Positions 57,201 to 64,000 of a stretch of 64,000 bases of DNA are shown one piece after another. The translations under genes and the position numbers were made by a program. This DNA comes from Adineta vaga (Eukaryota > Animalia > Rotifera): the NCBI GenBank assembly GCA_021613535.1, contig CP075495.1, forward strand, positions 3,596,001 through 3,660,000, given 5' to 3'. The notes beneath the pieces are model-generated. The model saw only the letters and a list, made by a program, of their open reading frames with translations. It did no database searches and was not told where the DNA came from. The first letter of the stretch is position 1. Each line of letters begins with the position of its first letter.

Positions 57201-58586
57201 CTCCATTATTTGCAGTTGTTAATACTGTACTTCGTGCTGGTACTTGAATGCCAGCAGCTTCGAATTGAATACGAGCGCGCTCTAATTTTTCTCGTTGTTC
57301 TTTTGTTAAATACGATCCATCTTCTTTCTTTCGTTGAATACGTTCTTTTTCTTTTTGTTTCTTCTTCTCACGACGTTCTTTTTCCAAACGTAATCTTTCT
57401 TCATGTTGTTTTTGTAATTCTTCTTCTAAGCGTTCCTTTTCTTCTACATCTTGCATGGCTTTTAATTTCGCTTCTTCTTGTTTCTTTTGAAATTCTTTCA
57501 TTAAACTTAACTGAAAAATAAAACGAACAAATATTTATTACGAACAAAAAGATTAGTCAATAATCTACCGTTTTAGCATCGACACCACCTTTGGCTTTCT
57601 TTTCTGCCGCAGCTTTTTTCTTACTTTTTGATGAACCCTTTTTATCATCACCGCCACCAGTAGCAGCGTCCGTCTCAGCTAACAAAATTACAGATATTTA
57701 GTTATGTTTTTAGAAGATATCAAAATTTCACCTTCTTGAACTTCAGTCTTGATTGTAGTTGGTTTCTGTTCAATTATTGGTTTTTCTTCAACATCTTGAT
57801 TGTTCTACAACATTCGATGCATAAAATAAACCTAGTTATTAGACTTCTGAAAGTTACTTACAGTTGTGCTGACTTCTGTTGCTGTTGTTTCTACGATGAA
57901 AACATGGTATATTTAGACAGATATAAGAATTAAACTATCGAATTTATACCTTTCTCATCTTTTTTCTTCTTCTTCTTTTCTTTCTTTGCTTCTTTGCGTC
58001 GATCTTTTTCATCAAATTTTTCATCAATTGCCTGAAAAAAAACGAAAACAAATTCAAATTAACTGAAATTCGATTCATATCAATCATACTTTTAAAATAT
58101 CTTCTAAATCTTGGCCTTCACCATCTTCAAAGTTTGCTTCCTCTTCATTGACAGTTGTTGCTGCTTGTTTATTTTTCTTCTTATCACTTTTTTTTTTAGA
58201 TGCACTTGTTGATTCAATTTGCGCCAATATCAGATCAAGATCTTCATCTTCTTTCTTATTTTTTGATGCTTGTTTTTTGCTTTTAACCGGTTTCTTTTTC
58301 GATGAAGCTGTTGCGGTTGTTGTTGTCTTAACTGTTTCAACTTCATCATTATCATCATCTCCAGCATCATTAACCTCATCATCAGATGCTAGCATAGCAA
58401 ATTTTGCCTGAAATTTATTAGTTGATAAGGTATTTCCAGCATCCTCATTATCATCATCGTCGTCTTCAACATCTTGCTGCGTAATTGCATTTCTGAGAAA
58501 TGAAAAAAAAAGGTTGTAATGTATCTCAGATAATGTGAAAGATTATTTTACTTAGGTAAAGGTGTTTTCTTGGTTTTGTTTGCCAT
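54235..58586 (-). CDS. EIF5B: Translation initiation factor eIF5B
   Basis: Charged N-terminus, [61 protein letters not shown]-terminal [15 protein letters not shown]. Confidence 0.97.
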
Positions 58587-59270
58587 ATTTATTGATCATC
58601 CGGATGAATATGTTAATCTGAATTAGGATGAAAAAGAACATGAGATTTCGAAAAATTACGTAAATTTCTTTCATGCATCGATAATATGAAAAGAAATCGA
58701 AATGACTGAGAATCAAAACGGACGATGATTTTTTTAGTGCAAAATAAAATGTATTTTTATTTATTGGTCGACAATTACCAATTAGGTTTTCCATTCGGTA
58801 TGACGATAATATATTATATGAGTCAAAACCTAATCCAAAACGCGAGCTCATCATTAATAAAGATGTCGCCAGTTTCAATACGTCAAATTTTTTCTTCTTC
58901 TTTTATTAGGTATAAATATATATATATATTATTTAGTATGAATTTTAGATTGATTAATCACTTCTAATTTTATTTAAAAAAATCGTCGACATACAGACAA
59001 TAACAAATTTCAAAATACAAATATACGTATATATGTATATGAAAACAATCAGATGAAACAAATGAGAAAAAAACTCAGATCAAAATTTAAATCACAAAAG
59101 AACGATCTGTAACATATAGATATGTATATGTATATTTATATACAGTAAATATGAGATGATCATTTGGGAAAATAGTCACCATTAGAATTTTATCTTCCGT
59201 TAAATAAATTCATTCACATTATATTTGAATCTTGGTCAACCGTCTAAAATAAGAAATTCAATTGAAAAAA

Positions 59271-62200
59271 TTATTCATATTTCATTGTAAATGGATGGCG
59301 TATTGTATTGTAGAGACATTTAATTGTAAATCGAGGTAGCATTGCTGTAATAATTGTTAGAATCGTTGTAAACCAAAATCGGCCTTGTCGAAGTGTATTA
59401 TATGATACTTGATATGGACTTTCTCCTGGAATGCATACAATACAGGTACTATCGAATACTAAGGTAAAGCCAAGAAAGACAAGAAAACTAAATGCGATGG
59501 AACTTATAAGAGATATATCGACCCGTGATGTTTGTAAAAGAACATGTAAAATTGATGTAACAGTCATACTGAATGCAATCGAAAATCCAAATGAAGATAA
59601 ATCAATATAAGATTCGTTTCTATAAGATAGATAAGCAAAGAAAAATATCACGGCACTTTGCCATATAGCATCCAATATATTGAGCCAATATGACCACATT
59701 CGATAACATTTTGCATGTAGAGTATATTGATATAATTGTGGTTCATGTAAAGCTCGTTCTGCAGGAACATGTTGATCGAATAGAGCTGCAGCACACTAAA
59801 TAAAAGTCTCGATTATATTCAAAGAAACTTCGTTTCTTTTCATCTTACTTGTGGAAGAACGGTAAACAAACTTGCGTATAGCGTAAGATCTAAACAAATC
59901 GAAAAAAGGTAAAAAAAACGAACTATTTCAACCTTAAACATACAGAATGAATGCAAAGAAACTGCTCCAGAATAGCCATTGAAAAATTGATGAAAAAAGA
60001 TAACAAATACATATGCACAATTATGCATAAATGTATACAGTATCAATTCACTCGTTCGAGTAAAACACCATGCACCATGTACAAGTAACAAACGACGAAG
60101 GCATTCAAATCGATCAACTGCAAAGTCACCTGCTGCAACTGCTTGTGATCCTTCACGACCATACACCGCCACACCACAATGAGATTCACGAATCATTCCA
60201 ACGTCGTTTGCTCCATCACCAATCGCCAAGATTCGATGTTTGAACACGGACTTTGCAGCACTCACTAGTTCACGCTTTTGCCTTGCTGATACCCGACAGA
60301 ATAACACCGACTGACATTCACACACAGCTCGAATGAATTCTTTTGGTTTGTATCGCAATATCACTCCTGTTCATCAACACATACAACATCACACAACATA
60401 AACAAAACACTCGAACTCACCTAAATCATCACCAGTAACAACAACTGATACTGGTGATGATTGTGCAGCAATCACATCAGCCATTCGAGCAATCGTCTTC
60501 TCAGTTCGGACTTCATCCGAACCACTACTCTCTTGATTGCCTATATATATATATATATATATGTATATGAATAATATCGTTTTCATAGACAGAATCATTG
60601 ATGAAGAATCAGACATACGTAGTTGTTGATCGATCTCGATGAGTTGTGAACTGTAATAGATCATGTGTGTATGTTGATTGAGTCGAGCTTGAGCTGATCG
60701 GTCAAAGTCCCATATTGTGGCAGCTGGTGCATTGTTCTACAACACATATCAAGTTCAATCTTTGAACAGAGAACACAATGAGACTCACTCGAGTTGATGC
60801 CTGAGAATCAGTTAATGATGTTTGTGGAATGTTGATGAGTGATGCAGCTTGAGCAGTACTCAACGCAGTTGCTTGTTTGTCACCTGTCAACAGCCAAACC
60901 TTGATTCCGGCACATCGCAATGTGGCAATCGCTCGTGGTACACCATCTTGCAGTTTATCTTCGACGGCCGTCAATCCAGCTAACATGAGATCAACTTCGA
61001 TTTCAGTGGCTGTATCAGAAATGGCTTCTTCTCGATTGTCCAGTGCATTTGCTGCATGTCGATATCGTTGAAACCAATCTTCGAACTCTCGTAATGACAA
61101 CTGTCGATATGCAACTAGGAGAGATCGATAGCCTTGTTCAGCAAAAGTTAAACTATGTTGTTCGACGGTTTCTTTCATTCGTGAATCATTGAGAGCACTG
61201 AGATGTGGCCAAATGGATGATTCAGCACCTTTGATGAAGAGAAAGATCTGATCATCGAGTCGTACAATGATGGACATGCGTTTTCGAGTTGAATCGAAGG
61301 GTAGTAGACAGAGGATTTCATATTCGAGATCTCGATTGTGCGAATTGGATGGATCAAGATAACGAACGATGATCGTTTGAGCTGATCGTGAGATCATTCG
61401 CACACCGAATTGTGATGCAGTTTGACAAAGAACAAGATCATCAGCATTGTCACCTTCATATTTTGGTTGATAGTCGAGAGAACGTCTGAGATGTGGATGA
61501 TCATGAACGATGAAAGATGTATTGCAGATGGCGAGTGTTGTTAAGAACCGTTCAGTAATTGTATCAGTTTCTGCAGGTAATTCGGAACTAAAATAGAAAT
61601 AAAATTTTATATTCAAACTTGAGAGCCATATGATTGGATAATAAAAACACTATAGATAGATATATAGGTTTTAAACAATGAAATTCAGTCTAACACATTT
61701 GGAATGTCTATACCTATTCGAATTTAATATATTTTAGTAGAGATTAATACTTTTATCATTAAACTGATTATTCAACTACTTGTCCAATCTTTTAGGTCGA
61801 TCAAGGTAGATTCATATTCTTGAAAAAAAGAATTCGAATTCATACCGATCCGAATAATGTATACCACCGACGGACATCATTTTAAATACAAGTTTATTTT
61901 GTGTCAGTGTACCAGTTTTATCCGTAAATACATATCCAATTTGACCAAGATCTTCATTGATTGTAAATGTTCGACAACTGATCGGATGTTCATATTTCAA
62001 ATGTTTGTCACGAGCTATTGTATACATTTGTAAAACTCGAACAAGATCTAATGAAACATACAGAGCAATAGGGACCATCACTTGAAATAATATCACAAAA
62101 CGTAATGTATTCGCAAAAAAATTTCCAGCTATATTGCTGAATGGATTATCAATTATAAATGGAACGAACATCCATTTATCACCAAATGTACGCTCCCAAT

Positions 62201-63381
62201 GAATAGATAAACCGGCACAAACTAAACATATTGTTGTCAAAATCAAACTGGAAAAGAGTACATCTCGATTGATATATCTTTCGATCAATGCATGTTTACT
62301 GATCGTTTGACGAGATGATTTGATGATCTTTGTTTCATTACCTACACAAAATGAATAGTGTCACAAAAAGCATCATCATCATCATTCTCTTGTTATTCAT
62401 TACTCACCAGCATACACAATCAATCCATCAACATACTCTGTGATTCGCAGCACACATCCACGTAACAAGAAATTACTGTTATCACATGGATGAGCATTCG
62501 TTCCGGTTGAGAACAAGATTCGACCACAGAAATGATAAATATCATCATTCGGTGGATCACATTGCAATTCAAAACTTGTTTCTTCTGCTGCTTTGTTCAC
62601 ATTCAAGAAACACGACGGAATACTCTTTTGTTTCAGATTTGTTTCACCATCGATTGCAGCTGTATCCAGATAACATGTACCTTCAGTTGACGCCGATGAA
62701 AGAAGAAGAATATCAGCTGGTACTGTTTGATCGGTTCGAACTCGAACAACATTGCCGACTGATAAATCTTGCCATCTGCACGGAATGAATGTTTTACTTT
62801 TTCTAGACAAATGAACAAGAGTGAGAGATAAATGAGATGAGTGAGATACTTACTTATCGTACATTTCAGCCATTTGTTTATTGATTTTTGCATCACTTCT
62901 CCATCGTTTGAGATCTTCGACAAGATCTTTGACAGCAGTGATAGTGAGAATAACTGTCAATGGTATGAATGCAACCTATATAAATCAGAATATATAATAC
63001 TGTTCTACTCATGAAATATTCGGGTTTGTTTACCATCTTAGAAATAGCATTGATGATAGGTATCCAATTGAGTCCAATGAGAATAGCAAAGTAGATATTA
63101 GCAACACGACGAAATTGTTCGAAAAGATTTTTTGGAATGAATGTGAGAATATTGTAACGAGTAGTTCGTATACGATTTGTTTGAGAAGTTCGTTTTCGTC
63201 GATTTTTAAATGTAATCCATAAGGATGGTTCAATATCAGACGATAAATTATAATATACATGATAATTTTCACGCTCTAGTGTAGGAATTTGTGAATCAGA
63301 TGGTAAGGTTGTACGACGAGTACTTGTTCTTGATACATGATAAGTTCGACGAAATGTTGGAACAGCAACGAAGTTCCCCAT
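59271..63381 (-). CDS. P4-ATPase phospholipid flippase, ATP10-like
   Basis: [60 protein letters not shown]1 LNWIP and TM4 [11 protein letters not shown] suggest class 5 (ATP10). Confidence 0.93.
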
Positions 63382-64000
63382 TTAATTTGTTTGAATTACT
63401 ATTTGAACAAATAGAAGAATAGAAGAGTGAAATAATTGATGGTTGAATGTCTACGTATCCTATGTAAATGTAGTCTATCAAATGTATACACTAGTTAATT
63501 ATCTTCAGTCACGAGATTTATTTGCTATTTACTACTCTACACGATCTTTTCTTCTGCTATACAAAATATCTACGAACATTAATTGTCATTCGATACATTT
63601 TTTTTATGTTCGTCTTTTAAACACGGTTTTATCTGTATCTTATTCCTTCTCTTCCTATCGTAATTGCAATGTATATCGTTCAAGTAGACATTTTATCGCG
63701 TCAGATGTACTCATTCACTTGACTCATAGCATCAAAAGAGCGAAATGAATATATTCTTAATCGTTATTTTCATTCGTAAAGAAATTCAACATCCCATCGA
63801 AGATTTCCAAGTTTATTTGAGGTTTCTCTTCTATTCTACCGCTTGCAGATTCTTTTTTCTTTACCTTCGCTCGTTGTTTTTTCTCCTAATTCTCTCTACA
63901 GCTCACTATATCGACATGATCAAATATCTACATAAAGAATTGTTTAGCATATAAAGAAGAAGAAAAGAAATATAGAAGAATTTCATTGACACATTGTCGA

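Overview
AT-rich, gene-dense eukaryotic (metazoan) DNA with many very short (~50-60 nt) GT-AG introns. This architecture plus several foreign-looking genes is most consistent with a bdelloid rotifer (Adineta/Rotaria-like); that is inference, not shown directly. About 26 protein-coding genes can be reconstructed. In order: a choline monooxygenase-like Rieske oxygenase (cut by the left edge), an amino-acid permease with a 7TM gene nested in one intron, three tandem CYLD-derived proteins, KCTD1/15, PGAP4, nardilysin, Orai, Xaa-Pro aminopeptidase, an orphan ORF, ETFA, SURF2, UBA6, a small secreted Zn-peptidase-like protein, an SHFxGG surface protein, PLEKHB, a BTB protein, LAMTOR5, OGG1 and tomosyn; then on the minus strand a bacterial-type MBL hydrolase, PAPSS with an upstream 160-aa exon, eIF5B and an ATP10-like flippase. 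The best leads are: (i) three tightly packed CYLD half-USP pseudo-deubiquitinases, (ii) three horizontal-transfer candidates (CMO, M15-like secreted peptidase, MBL hydrolase), (iii) operon-like packing with a recurring YAG|AT acceptor just before start codons, and (iv) the same-strand nested GPCR. No transposon, rRNA, tRNA or CRISPR feature was recognised. All family calls come from motif recognition by eye, without database searches, and exon boundaries are manual.
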